Assembly: GCA_965203095.1 (NCBI GenBank)
Contig: OZ241877.1
Location: 1,184,001 to 1,248,000, forward strand
DNA from: Bdellovibrionales bacterium
GTDB lineage: Bacteria; Bdellovibrionota; Bdellovibrionia; Bdellovibrionales; UBA1609
Reading direction: 5' to 3'
DNA: 64,000 nt
Shown: positions 20,101 through 29,827 of the stretch, one piece after another
How positions within the stretch are numbered: position 1 is the stretch's first letter
Layout of the letters: the number at the start of each line of letters is the position of its first letter
Program-made: the position numbers and the translations under genes
Notes under the pieces: model-generated
The model's database searches: none
What the model was told of the DNA's origin: nothing
The model's input: the letters and a program-made list of their open reading frames with translations, nothing else

Positions 20101-21272
20101 AAACCAAAACGAGAACTGGCCTTATGGAAAAACCATTCCCCATTTTTTATATAAGCTCTGCCTTGATTTTGCACTTCTACTTTAGCAGAATCTAAAAATA
20201 AAGTCCGGCGACGAAGCCTTCCCTTTGCAAAAAAACTTTTTAACTTGTGAGTTTTAAAAACAGCGTTTTCGCCATTCAGATCAAAAGAGCCTTTATAGCC
20301 TTTGTGAGTTGTATATTGAATATTCAGTTTATAAGATAGAAGAGAGTCAAAAAAGATAGTCTCTCCCCCCATCCAATCAATCCCTTTTTGAATAAGAACG
20401 AAAGGCAAAGCACCAGAAGATCTTATGTTCATCTGTTTTAATTTCTTGGAGTCAAACTGAAGATCTAATCGTTCTGTTATAGACTGAAATTTATGATTTT
20501 TTAAAAGGATCTTTTCAAAAAAAACTCTTCCTTTTTGCACAACCCCTTTAAAAGCCAGTTGATATGCCGGGGCATTTTCATTTTTTGGGATAGAAACCCC
20601 AGGCAGATAGTTGGAAAAAGCCTCAAACCCCGGATCTTCACTAAAATGGAAAGACTCCACAAAAAAATTAAAGTGAAAAATGCCCTCTTTTTTTTGACGA
20701 ACAGAAGAGCGGAGGCGAGAAAGCTTAAGCCCGCGACCCTGATGGCGAAGGCTTAACTGAGTGTTTTTAATAAGAATATGCTTTATGGGCAAAGCCATGT
20801 CCTGTGGGGCTTTAGATTTTCTCAAAAAAGATTTTAAAGTTTTAATATAAATATCCCCTTTTTGAATTTTTAATTTTGCCAAAACCACACGCTTTTTAAA
20901 TAAAAGAGAAAATAAAGATGGACGGGCCGATATTTTCTGAATTTTTTGTCGCCCATCCAATAAACCCAGCTCCTGTATTTTTTTAAAATTGGCTGTGTTT
21001 AGAGGAATTACTTGAACTCCCTCTAAATGAACATTCATTGTAAATATGTTAAATTGTAAAAGCTCCCATTCAATTTTTAAGCCTGTTTGATTCTCAAAAG
21101 CTTGAACCCCCTCTGTAGCCCTATCATTTATAAAGCCTTCCACCTTGTTGCCAACTTGACGTAAACTGATCGGGGTAAAGAGAAAAAACAAAATAAAAAG
21201 AAAGAGAAAAACAAAAAACTTTTTTGTTTTGAAAAAACGAGGGATTTTAAAATTTTTAAAAATAGATCTCAT
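17190..21272 (-). CDS. tamB: Translocation/assembly module TamB-like (DUF490) protein
   Basis: 1360 aa, N-terminal membrane anchor, beta-rich, C-terminal NPYLDISA...LKSSPVLNEKEIISLLTLG. Confidence 0.82.
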   Translation of the reverse strand: MRSIFKNFKIPRFFKTKKFFVFLFLFILFFLFTPISLRQVGNKVEGFINDRATEGVQAFENQTGLKIEWELLQFNIFTMNVHLEGVQVIPLNTANFKKIQELGLLDGRQKIQKISARPSLFSLLFKKRVVLAKLKIQKGDIYIKTLKSFLRKSKAPQDMALPIKHILIKNTQLSLRHQGRGLKLSRLRSSVRQKKEGIFHFNFFVESFHFSEDPGFEAFSNYLPGVSIPKNENAPAYQLAFKGVVQKGRVFFEKILLKNHKFQSITERLDLQFDSKKLKQMNIRSSGALPFVLIQKGIDWMGGETIFFDSLLSYKLNIQYTTHKGYKGSFDLNGENAVFKTHKLKSFFAKGRLRRRTLFLDSAKVEVQNQGRAYIKNGEWFFHKASSRFGFLIETHKLSSDFVAQAVLNMDNFPVKGDFTGSIKCQGKGYRGSYFKCSAEGKSKKVSAQTKDQNELVSLHGMNLDLNVEWDREILNFLAIGTKTTKSETSKVQFQGQYSQPSDRLESSYSFIGKWGEDLKFNTAFPVEGTAEIRDGKLIVEKNKVQFKGFLSSSLIKIQSYKLKDISSRYQFKTGRLAFVNIKSSPGRTNWAGEGVIDFRQKELVLNWKSSFFDIEDLMDSVQENISWPISFKGTGAGTFFIRYPWALPEKKEFHLKGDLFNVSVNKDLFQQATFNFSLQNDQGVIRSLLLKKGQGYLKGSGFFDSQYALNLKVKGQDLSLERLEWLNSIVPFNQSGDVNFDMKITGTLARPKIHSDIFISNMFFYSYPVKDSHIKMKLDAKALSLSGPVMDEIFIDQFIYPFSKKALIKARGRLANLDFIKLLFSKNRMERAQERSSQLTGFFSFHKTKEKTSQWTGQAQIDQFFVSRSDQWIKGEKPFSIFFDKDRWSLSSGRFSYHNKENLIIEERGPDKLWVSGRFSLGLFSVLFPFLKKIEGDVRGQVLIDNNLKQPSPKGSVRVDKALFSVGTLPDFKEAQAQLDFAGNRILVHDFFSHTGGSSLKGKGLVFYDFIHWPKVDLDLDFSGAQLNIPKDFQTKGKGRLKIHGDNPPYLISGEYLIDSGTITKEFSGRVKKTKHDFSFLKKKKQKEDSLFNLDLNIQTNQAVEINSSLIRSAIKGQIRIYGPLESLLADGQFAISKTAEENLIFFRGTEFKVSSGSVLFKNSSLGNPYLDISANTLFKEQIIDPLEGNQEIERAYKIFLSLKGFSQEPDFSLKSSPVLNEKEIISLLTLGVGSRYFDANVRKDVIDYSYQILGSLFLEKILNKEIKDTLGWDFRPTSYINTLNKPVTKITLSKNWFEKWKTSFSRTIEENAQSDIRLKYNLNKKISLTAFWENTRQTDLETDQNDRLGLDFEFNLDF

Positions 21273-21284
21273 CTTTTTTGTGGG

Positions 21285-22340
21285 TTATGTGTTTTTCAAC
21301 CATTTATCCAAAAGATATTGCACACTTTTATAATCCGGCTGAACCTGAGAAATAGCTGTAAGATACTCAATAGCTGAAGACTTTTTTCCTAAAGCGTAAA
21401 GCATTTGTGATTTAATGTAAATGAGAGGCAGAAAAAAACTTTCACTTTCTGGAGTTTCTGAAAAAAGCCGGTGGATCAACTCTAAACCTTTTGTGTATTG
21501 CCGAGTCTCCAATGCCCAGTCTAAGTAAAACCAATAATCAGACAACCGGCGAACATCTGTCTCTAACAAAGACAAAGCCTGATCCGGCCAACCACCGAAA
21601 TATAAAAAAAAGGATAGATTTTTTGTCCGGTGAGGGGTCTTTTTAGCCGTTTGCCAAATTGCTGAATGCCAGCTTTTTTTTAAATTCCGCTTTTCCAAAG
21701 GAAAAGAAGGTAAGGAGTCGACTTCCTCAGTCTTTTTCCTCTGACTGATCTTTTTTTGCTCTTGAATAGTTAAAATAGCCTTTTTTTCATCCCATTTTTT
21801 TTTGAGTGTTTTATATTTTTTATTTAAAGGTTGAAGAGACAATAGCTTAAGGATAATGTCTTCCTCTTCTTTTATCAAATTTTGAGCTTTAGCAAACTCT
21901 AATCTCTCCAAAAGATCTTCTTCCTCTTTAGAGGACTTTTTCCCCTCCATATCTTGAAGATGGACATATCTCAACTGCTGAAACTCTGGGGAAATGTCCT
22001 CCCATTCCTTACAAGCAAATAGGGCCGGTGTCCAATTTTCTTTCTTTTTGAGGTAGTGGTGAAACAAAAGTTTCTTCATTTGTGAATTAGGGGATATTTT
22101 ATATTTAGTTAAAATTTTTAAAATGTAAGGCCATGCAAGAGGCTTTTTTTTACTTAGCCTTTGAGCTGAAAATTCCAGCAAGGTTTTATATAAACCGGCA
22201 TTGTAAAGAAACCGACTGACATCCTCTATACTTGAACTGCCTTGAATTTCTTCAAAAATTTGGATTGGTGTTAAATTTTTTTTAAAAAGAGAAAAAATCT
22301 TTTTTTCCAAAAATTCTACTGTTTTAATTTGAGAATCCAT
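21285..22340 (-). CDS. Hypothetical protein with C-terminal TPR-like helices
   Basis: Long ORF in the operon; Y..SQMLYALG...AIEYL..I...PDYK. Confidence 0.6.
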   Translation of the reverse strand: MDSQIKTVEFLEKKIFSLFKKNLTPIQIFEEIQGSSSIEDVSRFLYNAGLYKTLLEFSAQRLSKKKPLAWPYILKILTKYKISPNSQMKKLLFHHYLKKKENWTPALFACKEWEDISPEFQQLRYVHLQDMEGKKSSKEEEDLLERLEFAKAQNLIKEEEDIILKLLSLQPLNKKYKTLKKKWDEKKAILTIQEQKKISQRKKTEEVDSLPSFPLEKRNLKKSWHSAIWQTAKKTPHRTKNLSFFLYFGGWPDQALSLLETDVRRLSDYWFYLDWALETRQYTKGLELIHRLFSETPESESFFLPLIYIKSQMLYALGKKSSAIEYLTAISQVQPDYKSVQYLLDKWLKNT

Positions 22341-22388
22341 ATTTTTACCAATTTTAAAAAGGTGGGCACAAATACAAAACGAATAGTA

Positions 22389-22949
22389 TTATCTGCATCT
22401 TTCAATATAAGTTCCGTCTTTACAGTTGATTTTTAACTTATCCCCCTCTTGAATATGCAAAGGGACCTGAACCACAAGCCCTGTCTCCATAGTGGCGGGC
22501 TTAGTTGTATGGCTGGCAGTATTCCCCTTAAACCCAGGATCGGTTTGTGACACAGTTAAAATGAGGCTCCTTGGCAACTCAATAGAAATTACCCGATTGT
22601 TAAAAAAACAAGCCGTGACTTTTAAAGATTCTGTCAAATAGTATTGATTGTCCCCAACAATTTTCTGGCTTATAGCCAAAGTCTCATAAGATTGAATATC
22701 CATAAAATAAAAAGAGTCCTTATCTTTATATACATAAGAAAGATTTTTGTAATCAATATCCGGCACCGCAAACTTTTCCCCAGAGCGGATTGTAAGATCA
22801 ATAGCCATGCCTGTCAGGAGGTTAGTTAGTTTGGTCCTGGTGAATTGATTGCCCTTCCCTGGTTTGATATGCTGAAAATCCAAAATAACATGAGGTTCTC
22901 CTTTTACCATGAGCTTTAATCCTTTTTTAAAATCACTTGTCCCATACAT
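22389..22949 (-). CDS. efp: Translation elongation factor P
   Basis: MYGTSDFKKG, KPGKG loop, PGFKGNT..TKPATMETG...VPL; start moved to ATG at 22949. Confidence 0.95.
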   Translation of the reverse strand: MYGTSDFKKGLKLMVKGEPHVILDFQHIKPGKGNQFTRTKLTNLLTGMAIDLTIRSGEKFAVPDIDYKNLSYVYKDKDSFYFMDIQSYETLAISQKIVGDNQYYLTESLKVTACFFNNRVISIELPRSLILTVSQTDPGFKGNTASHTTKPATMETGLVVQVPLHIQEGDKLKINCKDGTYIERCR

Positions 22950-23013
22950 GGCTATCTGATGGTTTTGTGCCGGATGATTTTTCTCATTTAAGAAAAAGGA
23001 GCAAGGGCCTTTT

Positions 23014-23589
23014 TCAAGCTGAACCAGTATAACCACTTTTTGAAAATTTATCCATATAAATTTCAATATGGGCTAAAATTTTATTCAGCCGGGCCAGTTT
23101 TTGACTCTCTTTTTCAGAAAGAGTTTTAGGCTGTGCCTCTTTTTCCTCCGTTTGACGAATCTCCTTTATTGGCCGATCCACTACCTTTTCTAAATGCTGA
23201 ACTGTGGCTGTGGCCTCTTTGTCCCCTGGCCTTAAAAGAACAGCCATTTTATAAGCGTTAAGGGTTTTTTCTAAATCATTTTTCTTTTTATAGATAGCAC
23301 CTAAACTTTTGTAAATGTTAGGGTTATCCGGGTTAAATTTTTTGGCTTGAGTGAGGCAATAGATGGCCTCTTGGGTCCGGCCCTGGCTTTCGTATATATC
23401 CCCAAGCAAAGCATAAGCCTGAGAATGAGAGGGATGATAAACTAAGCCCTCAAGACATAGCTTTTCTGCCTTCTCCACAGCCCCACTGGAATAATAAATT
23501 TGAGCTAAAGAGCAAAAAACTTTTGAGCGAGGGTCTTTTTTAAGATTATCCTCCAGCTTTTTAGTTAAAAGGGGATTATGTCCGGCCAT
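23014..23589 (-). CDS. Tetratricopeptide repeat protein
   Basis: Three clear TPR units; likely start MAGHNP at 23589. Confidence 0.8.
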   Translation of the reverse strand: MAGHNPLLTKKLEDNLKKDPRSKVFCSLAQIYYSSGAVEKAEKLCLEGLVYHPSHSQAYALLGDIYESQGRTQEAIYCLTQAKKFNPDNPNIYKSLGAIYKKKNDLEKTLNAYKMAVLLRPGDKEATATVQHLEKVVDRPIKEIRQTEEKEAQPKTLSEKESQKLARLNKILAHIEIYMDKFSKSGYTGSA

Positions 23590-23852
23590 ACTTCTATTTT
23601 GACATAAAAAGTCTGGATCCGCCAAACTTTTTTATGGTTTTTTCCATTGAAAATTTTTATTGCTTGCGTTGAAACTCAATTTGAATATACCTTTGGGCTG
23701 GTTTTATTTGAAAATTCATGTTAGCTAAGTCATACTGCTTTTGTTAGCAATATATTAAAATATAGAGAGAAAGCTCTTAAAAATTTCTGGTTTTTGAGAG
23801 CTGAGGGAGCTAAGGCATTCGTTTAAAACTTCAACAGGATGGCTCAACAACT

Positions 23853-24365
23853 ATGGATCTGATCATCATGGGCATTGATCCCGGCACTGTGAGCACAGGT
23901 TATGCTGTGATTCACACTACAGAGGATTCCAGCAAGTGTTTGGATTACGGCCTCATCCGTGCCAATGAAAAATCTTTCCCTCTCAGAATAAGCAAAATTC
24001 ATCAAGGGCTAAAAGAGTTAGGTCAAACCTATAAGCCTCATCATATCGCTGTGGAAAAGATCTTTTTTGGGAAAAACCCCGTCACAGCTTTTAAGTTAGG
24101 CCATATTTTTGCTCTCTGCTTGTTGGAAAGCACAAGGCAAAAGGCTGAATTTTTTGAATACTCCACCCGGTTTATTAAAAAAGCTGTCACATTTTCTGGC
24201 AATTCTTCAAAAGAGCTGGTTCAGCAATTTGTCACTAATTTTTTTGCTCTCAGCCCTACCCCCCGATCTTTAGACGCTACTGACGCCTTAGCCGTGGCTT
24301 TATGCCACAGTAGAGAGTGCAAAAAAAATCTATTTCAAAAACAAATTCAAGCAGTCAATTTATGA
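23853..24365 (+). CDS. ruvC: Holliday junction resolvase
   Basis: IMGIDPG...TGY, AVEKIFFGKNP, DATDALAVALCH. Confidence 0.95.
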   Translation: MDLIIMGIDPGTVSTGYAVIHTTEDSSKCLDYGLIRANEKSFPLRISKIHQGLKELGQTYKPHHIAVEKIFFGKNPVTAFKLGHIFALCLLESTRQKAEFFEYSTRFIKKAVTFSGNSSKELVQQFVTNFFALSPTPRSLDATDALAVALCHSRECKKNLFQKQIQAVNL

Positions 24366-24940
24366 TCGGATTTTTAAAAGGTTCTCTTATTTTACAAAAC
24401 CCCAACAGTTTGCTGGTGGACACGGGAGGAGTGGCTTATGAGGTTCAAGTGTCTCCAACGGCTTTTAGCCAATTTCAAACAGGGGCTATTGTCTCTGTTT
24501 GGATTCACACTGTTTTTCGTTCAGATAGCCTTGAGCTGTATGGCTTTCCCTCCTTTAAAGAAAAAGAGGTTTTTCTGGCACTTTTAAAAGTTAAAGGTAT
24601 TGGGCCTAAGATGGCTCTTTCCATATTGGCTTCTTGCTCTATAGAACAGTTGAATCGTATGATTTATGAGGAAAATATAAAGGCCCTCAGTGCCTTGCCT
24701 AAAGTGGGTAAAAAAACAGCTCAGCAAATTGTCCTTTCATTAAAGGATCAAATTTCTGACAAAGCCATCGGTTCAACTGATGGAAATCCTGGGAGGGATA
24801 AACTTTTTTTTGCCTTAGAAAAATTAGGCTTTCATCCCTCTGAGATTGGAGAGGCTTTAAGCTTGATGAAATGGGAAAATGATTTAGAAAAGAATCTCAA
24901 ACAGGCTTTATCTCTCCTCAACCCCTCTTCAAAATCGTAA
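24362..24940 (+). CDS. ruvA: Holliday junction branch-migration protein
   Basis: MIGFLKG start overlapping the ruvC stop; GGVAYEV, LYGF, VKGIGPKMAL, PKVGKKTA. Confidence 0.95.
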   Translation: MIGFLKGSLILQNPNSLLVDTGGVAYEVQVSPTAFSQFQTGAIVSVWIHTVFRSDSLELYGFPSFKEKEVFLALLKVKGIGPKMALSILASCSIEQLNRMIYEENIKALSALPKVGKKTAQQIVLSLKDQISDKAIGSTDGNPGRDKLFFALEKLGFHPSEIGEALSLMKWENDLEKNLKQALSLLNPSSKS

Positions 24941-26287
24941 AGGGGTAGGGTATTTTTCGTCAAAACAGGCCAAACAAAATTCTTTATTCCCCCCCGCTTT
25001 GATCAGGCTCTCGTAAGAGAGATAAGCTAAAGAGTCCGCCCCGATGAATTTTCTAACCTCCTCAACCCCTTTACGGTGAGAGAGCAGTTGTTTTTTTTGA
25101 GGAGTATCTACACCATAATGACAAGGCCCTCTAATAGGGGGGGAAGAGACACGAAGATGAATCTCCTTAGCCCCTCCGGCCCGCAAAATTTCCACCAAAG
25201 CTTTTGAAGTGGCCCCCCTTACAATAGAATCATCAATAGCCACTACTTTTTTGCCTTTAACTAAAGAAGAAAGCGGGTTGAGTTTGATTTTGACTTTAAA
25301 ATTTCTCACTGTAGGGGATGGATGTATAAAAGTCCTCCCTATATAATGATTGCGGATAATGCCCATCTCATAAGGAAGACGCATCTCCCGGGCATAGCCA
25401 ATAGCTGAAGGGACGCCACTGTCTGGAACTGGAATCACCATATCTGCGGAAACAGGATGTTCCTTAGCTAAATACTCTCCCATCTTTTTTCGCCTCTCAT
25501 AAACATTTTGATCAAAAACTAAACTGTCCGGGCGGGAAAAATAAACATACTCAAAAATGCATTGTGCTTTTCTCCGGGCTGGAGGCAGAAAAAACGATTT
25601 TAAACCTTTTTTATTGATAAGCAAAATCTCCCCAGCAGAAACTTCACGAAGATAGCGAGCACCTATCAGATCCAAAGCACAAGTTTCAGACGCCACAATA
25701 TAAGCCGAATCTTTTACACCCAAAACCAAAGGGCGAAAGCCTCTGGAATCTCTAACAGCAATTAAAGAATCTTTTGTCAGCAGGACAAAACTAAAAGCTC
25801 CTTCTAACAGAGGCAGACATTTTAACAAGATAGATTCCACAGGCTGATTTTTACCTGCAAAATGGGCCATAAGAGGGAATAGGCATTCTGTATCGTTGTC
25901 GGCTTTAAAAGCTTTTTGGTTTTTTAAAAACCTTTTTTTCAGAACATGATGGTTGACGATATTCCCATTATGAGCTACTGAAATAGGCCCAAAGCTCAAT
26001 TCACGAGTTAAAGGTTGAATGTTTTTGAGTTTGTCCCCACCAGTAGTGGAGTATCTATTATGCCCTATGGCCGATAAACCTTTTAAAGACTTCAACTTTT
26101 CTTTTGTGAAAATATCCCCTACCAAGCCACGATCTTTATGGGATAGGTGCCGGCCCCGGAGGAGAGAGACAATACCTGCCCCCTCCTGCCCTCTGTGTTG
26201 CAGAGCATACAAAGACAGATAAGTTAAAAAAACAGCGGAGGGATGATTCCATACCCCCACCACAGCACATTTGTCATTAAAACCCAT
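24929..26287 (-). CDS. purF: Amidophosphoribosyltransferase
   Basis: N-terminal Cys, LQHRGQEGAG, HNRYST, PVPDSG, IDDSIVRGAT. Confidence 0.96.
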   Translation of the reverse strand: MGFNDKCAVVGVWNHPSAVFLTYLSLYALQHRGQEGAGIVSLLRGRHLSHKDRGLVGDIFTKEKLKSLKGLSAIGHNRYSTTGGDKLKNIQPLTRELSFGPISVAHNGNIVNHHVLKKRFLKNQKAFKADNDTECLFPLMAHFAGKNQPVESILLKCLPLLEGAFSFVLLTKDSLIAVRDSRGFRPLVLGVKDSAYIVASETCALDLIGARYLREVSAGEILLINKKGLKSFFLPPARRKAQCIFEYVYFSRPDSLVFDQNVYERRKKMGEYLAKEHPVSADMVIPVPDSGVPSAIGYAREMRLPYEMGIIRNHYIGRTFIHPSPTVRNFKVKIKLNPLSSLVKGKKVVAIDDSIVRGATSKALVEILRAGGAKEIHLRVSSPPIRGPCHYGVDTPQKKQLLSHRKGVEEVRKFIGADSLAYLSYESLIKAGGNKEFCLACFDEKYPTPLRF

Positions 26288-26319
26288 AAACTGATCCTCT
26301 TAAAGGTTGGGGGGAAATA

Positions 26320-28473
26320 TTAAACAATATAACCTTCCCATGGTTTAAAATATTGAGCTTTCATTTCCTCATAAGAGATGGCCTCACCTTGCAAAACTAA
26401 AAAAGGTTCGGCTTGAGTTTCCCCCATAAAATCCCAATTTAAAGCCCATCTATCTAAAGCCCATTTAAAGCTTTTTTCCTGTTCCTTTGGAACAGAAACC
26501 ACTGCCTCATAAAGCCTCCCTTCCCAAATGTCAAAGGGAAAGCTTTTTGCCAAAACAAAACCTACCCCTCGCTCTAAAACCATGCGAGCCAAAGTGTTTG
26601 CTAAACCCCTCTTGCCTACCATCCGTGCACTGGAAAAACAGCCTTCCTCTGCCATCCCCTTCAACTGTTGAACAAAGCCATTCAATAAGGGATCTTGAAG
26701 AGCACCATAAGCTGTTTTTTCCCTTTTAAAACTCTCAGTGGGACTAACTACAGGGAAAAAAAACTGATGAGAACTTAACAAATACACCTGCTCTTTTGGC
26801 TGGTGAAATCCTGCCGGGGCTAAACTCTGGTGGCTTTCCTTCAAACCAATCATGGCAATGGCTGGTGTGGGGGTAATGCTCCTTCCTTGGCTTTCATTAT
26901 AAAAACTCACATTTCCGCTCACAATGGGAGTATCTAAAACCTCACAGGCTTTGGCTATGGATTCGACAGATAAAACAAACTCTCCCATAGCCTCTTTTTT
27001 TTCTGGATTGCCAAAATTCAAGCAGTCGGTGAGGGCCCAAGGCTGAAAACCCCTTAAAGCCAACTGTAGAGCCGGGTAAAACACAGCATCTTTAGCTCCT
27101 TGCTCAACATCCAATGCCATTAAATAAGAAGAGCCTGCCACAGTGAGAGCTAACTCCCTTCCGCTTTCTAACAAGCGAACAACAGCTATAGGGTAAGAAG
27201 AGTCTTTAAGAGTTTGAGTGCCTACCCTTTGATCATATTGACGATAAATAAATTGCCGGCTGACTCCCTCCGGCTGGGCCAGCATTTTTAAAAGGCTGGC
27301 TTTAACTTTTTTTGCTTGTCGCCATTCATTAGGGCAAAGCCTTTTTACTGGCGATGGGATAACATAAGGGCGGTTTTCTATAGGTGCTTTGCGGATCCAA
27401 AACTGAGGGTCTGTTTTGAGTATTCGTTCTCCTTGCCAAAAAATTTCCAGCTCTTTTTGATTTAAAATTTTTCCTAAAATGCAAATTTCCAGCCCATAAT
27501 CTTCAAATAACTTTTTTAAATTTTCCCAATGGCGAGGAGGGCAAATAAAAAGCAGTCGCTCTTGACTCTCTGAAAGCAAAATATCCCCCGGTTGTAAGCT
27601 TTGATCTCTTAAAGGGACCCGATCCAAGTGCAAGCTCAGGCCAAGCCCTCCTTTATCCGCCATTTCAAAACTGGAGCAAGCCAGACCCGCGGCCCCCATA
27701 TCTTGACAAGCTGTGATCCAAGCTCTCTTCATAGCCAAAAGGCTGGCCTCCATAAGTTGTTTGCCAAAAAAAGGATCTCCTATTTGAATTGTAGGTCGGA
27801 AAGATTTTTTCTCCCCCTCAAAAGAGCGACTGGCCATATCTGCCCCTAAAATCCCATCCCTTCCAGTGGAAGAGCCGGCGTAAACTACATAATTTCCCAC
27901 ACCTTTAGCCTTGGCACTCATAGCTTTGGTTTGAGAGCCTAAATAGCCTAAGGCCATGGCATTAACTAAAATGTTATGGTTGTAGGAGGGAGAAAACTCT
28001 GTTTGGCCTGTAATTGTGGGAATGCCCATACAGTTGCCGTAATCTCCAATACCACGGACCACGCCATCAACAAGGCCGGAGGAGATCTGAGCCTTAGGAT
28101 CTCCAAAACAGAGATAATTTGCCAAAGCGATGGGTCGGGCATTCATGGCGAAAATATCCCTCAAAATGCCTCCTACACCTGTTGTCGCCCCATGATAAGG
28201 AGTAATAAAAGAGGGGTGGTTGTGGCTCTCCATTTTAAAGCAAACTCTCTCCCCTTGCCCAAGATCGACAATGCCAGCCTGCTCAGCTTTTCCTGAAACC
28301 TTTTTTCTTGTAGGGAAATCCAATTTTTTAAGATGAGGGCGGGAACTTTTATAAGAGCAATGCTCATTCCACAGGGCCAAAGCCAAAACGACCTCCAAAT
28401 TTTTAGGGGGACGGCCTAAAAGGCTCTTTAGTTTTTGATGATCGGCAGGGGGAAGGCGGTATTTTTTCATCAT
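26320..28473 (-). CDS. purL: Phosphoribosylformylglycinamidine synthase subunit PurL
   Basis: WNEHCSYKSS, KMESHNHPS, GVGGILRDI, QDMGAAGL, SESQER, VSGNVSFYN. Confidence 0.96.
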   Translation of the reverse strand: MMKKYRLPPADHQKLKSLLGRPPKNLEVVLALALWNEHCSYKSSRPHLKKLDFPTRKKVSGKAEQAGIVDLGQGERVCFKMESHNHPSFITPYHGATTGVGGILRDIFAMNARPIALANYLCFGDPKAQISSGLVDGVVRGIGDYGNCMGIPTITGQTEFSPSYNHNILVNAMALGYLGSQTKAMSAKAKGVGNYVVYAGSSTGRDGILGADMASRSFEGEKKSFRPTIQIGDPFFGKQLMEASLLAMKRAWITACQDMGAAGLACSSFEMADKGGLGLSLHLDRVPLRDQSLQPGDILLSESQERLLFICPPRHWENLKKLFEDYGLEICILGKILNQKELEIFWQGERILKTDPQFWIRKAPIENRPYVIPSPVKRLCPNEWRQAKKVKASLLKMLAQPEGVSRQFIYRQYDQRVGTQTLKDSSYPIAVVRLLESGRELALTVAGSSYLMALDVEQGAKDAVFYPALQLALRGFQPWALTDCLNFGNPEKKEAMGEFVLSVESIAKACEVLDTPIVSGNVSFYNESQGRSITPTPAIAMIGLKESHQSLAPAGFHQPKEQVYLLSSHQFFFPVVSPTESFKREKTAYGALQDPLLNGFVQQLKGMAEEGCFSSARMVGKRGLANTLARMVLERGVGFVLAKSFPFDIWEGRLYEAVVSVPKEQEKSFKWALDRWALNWDFMGETQAEPFLVLQGEAISYEEMKAQYFKPWEGYIV

Positions 28474-28589
28474 TTTGAACCAATAATGACTGTTATATCG
28501 CTCAAACGGGAATTTTCAAGGCAGGAATCCACATTTTCACTTGCATTCCTTTAGATTTGAGCTTAAACTTCTAAAAATAGGAGTTTTTT

Positions 28590-28778
28590 ATGGGGCCTTC
28601 TTTTTGGCAAATTCTCATTTTGGTTGTGATTGTCCTCTTTATTTTTGGCCCTAAGCGGATACCAGGCTTAGGCAAATCCCTTGGGGAAGCCATTAGAGGC
28701 TTTAGAAAGGGCATCAATGAAGACGACAAAACAGCTGAAAAAAAGGAGGATGACAAATCCTCTGATAAAAAAGCCTGA
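28590..28778 (+). CDS. tatA: Twin-arginine translocase TatA/E subunit
   Basis: TM helix, [31 protein letters not shown]. Confidence 0.92.
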   Translation: MGPSFWQILILVVIVLFIFGPKRIPGLGKSLGEAIRGFRKGINEDDKTAEKKEDDKSSDKKA

Positions 28779-28782
28779 GTTT

Positions 28783-29805
28783 TTAACCTCTTTTACGGGT
28801 TTTTAATGCTTTTATAAGGTGATGAATGTAATCATAGATACCGGGATAGGAAAGCTCTCCGGCAGATTGCCTTAAAAGTTTAAAGGTGGGCAAAATATAC
28901 TTTAAGTGAGAACTTTTTTGATTCAAGTTTTTAAAAGCGGCAAATCGGCCACAGGCTTTAAAGCCTCTTTGTAAAAACTGCAACTTGACCATCTGCTCCA
29001 CACGAGATAAAGAACCCACTATTTTTTTTAAACCTGTGGGAAGATTTTCAAAATAAAAAAGAAGAAGTTGGTTTCTGCTATAAGAGCTGAGCGGGACATA
29101 ACTATCATACAATAAACTGGCCAGATCATAAAACCAGGGACCCCTTCCAGCATCTTGAAAATCAATTAAAAAAACTTTTTTGTTTTTCAACATAAGATTT
29201 CGGCTGTGAAAATCCCTATGGCAGTAAACATAATCCTTTGTTGAGAATTTTAAAAGAATCTTTTCCATATCTTTTTTAAAAGGCAAGATAAGGGAGGGGT
29301 CCGGTTGAGGCTTTTTCAAAATATAGATTTGCAAATGATGGATAGCTTTATCTAATTCCTTTAAAAAAAATTTTTTATCAAATAGAGGATCAGAAAAAAG
29401 CAAGCGAACACTGCTTTGGATCCGTATCAGTTGACTTAAAGTCTGATGATAAAAAGGCCAGCTGTTTTTTTCCCCTTTTTGAAAAAAAAATTGCTGAAAA
29501 CTTTGAGATCCCAGATCTTCTAAGAGAAGTAAGCCCAGTGCAGTGTCTTTATAATAAATTTTAGGGGTATTAGCAAAAATGCTCAGCCTTTTCCGGATAT
29601 TTATAAATTTCTTTAGGCTAAGATCCTCTTTCCCGCAAGACATTAGCATAGCTGTTTTTTTTTTCGATTGGACACGAGTATAAAGCCTGTGCCCTCCATC
29701 TCCTTGGATTTTTTCTTTTTTTAAGTTTTGCGGAGAGGAAAAGCCTTTTTTTAAAAAATTATTCCGTTCCTGTCGGTTAGCAAAATGAAGTTTCATATCT
29801 GTCAA
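28783..29805 (-). CDS. APH-family phosphotransferase (AmgK-like MurNAc/GlcNAc kinase)
   Basis: GDGGHRLYTR, LLLEDLG, HRDFHSRNLM, IDFQDA..GP..YDLASLL.D.YV. Confidence 0.82.
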   Translation of the reverse strand: MTDMKLHFANRQERNNFLKKGFSSPQNLKKEKIQGDGGHRLYTRVQSKKKTAMLMSCGKEDLSLKKFINIRKRLSIFANTPKIYYKDTALGLLLLEDLGSQSFQQFFFQKGEKNSWPFYHQTLSQLIRIQSSVRLLFSDPLFDKKFFLKELDKAIHHLQIYILKKPQPDPSLILPFKKDMEKILLKFSTKDYVYCHRDFHSRNLMLKNKKVFLIDFQDAGRGPWFYDLASLLYDSYVPLSSYSRNQLLLFYFENLPTGLKKIVGSLSRVEQMVKLQFLQRGFKACGRFAAFKNLNQKSSHLKYILPTFKLLRQSAGELSYPGIYDYIHHLIKALKTRKRG

Positions 29806-29827
29806 TGCACCTTGTCCTATCAGTGTT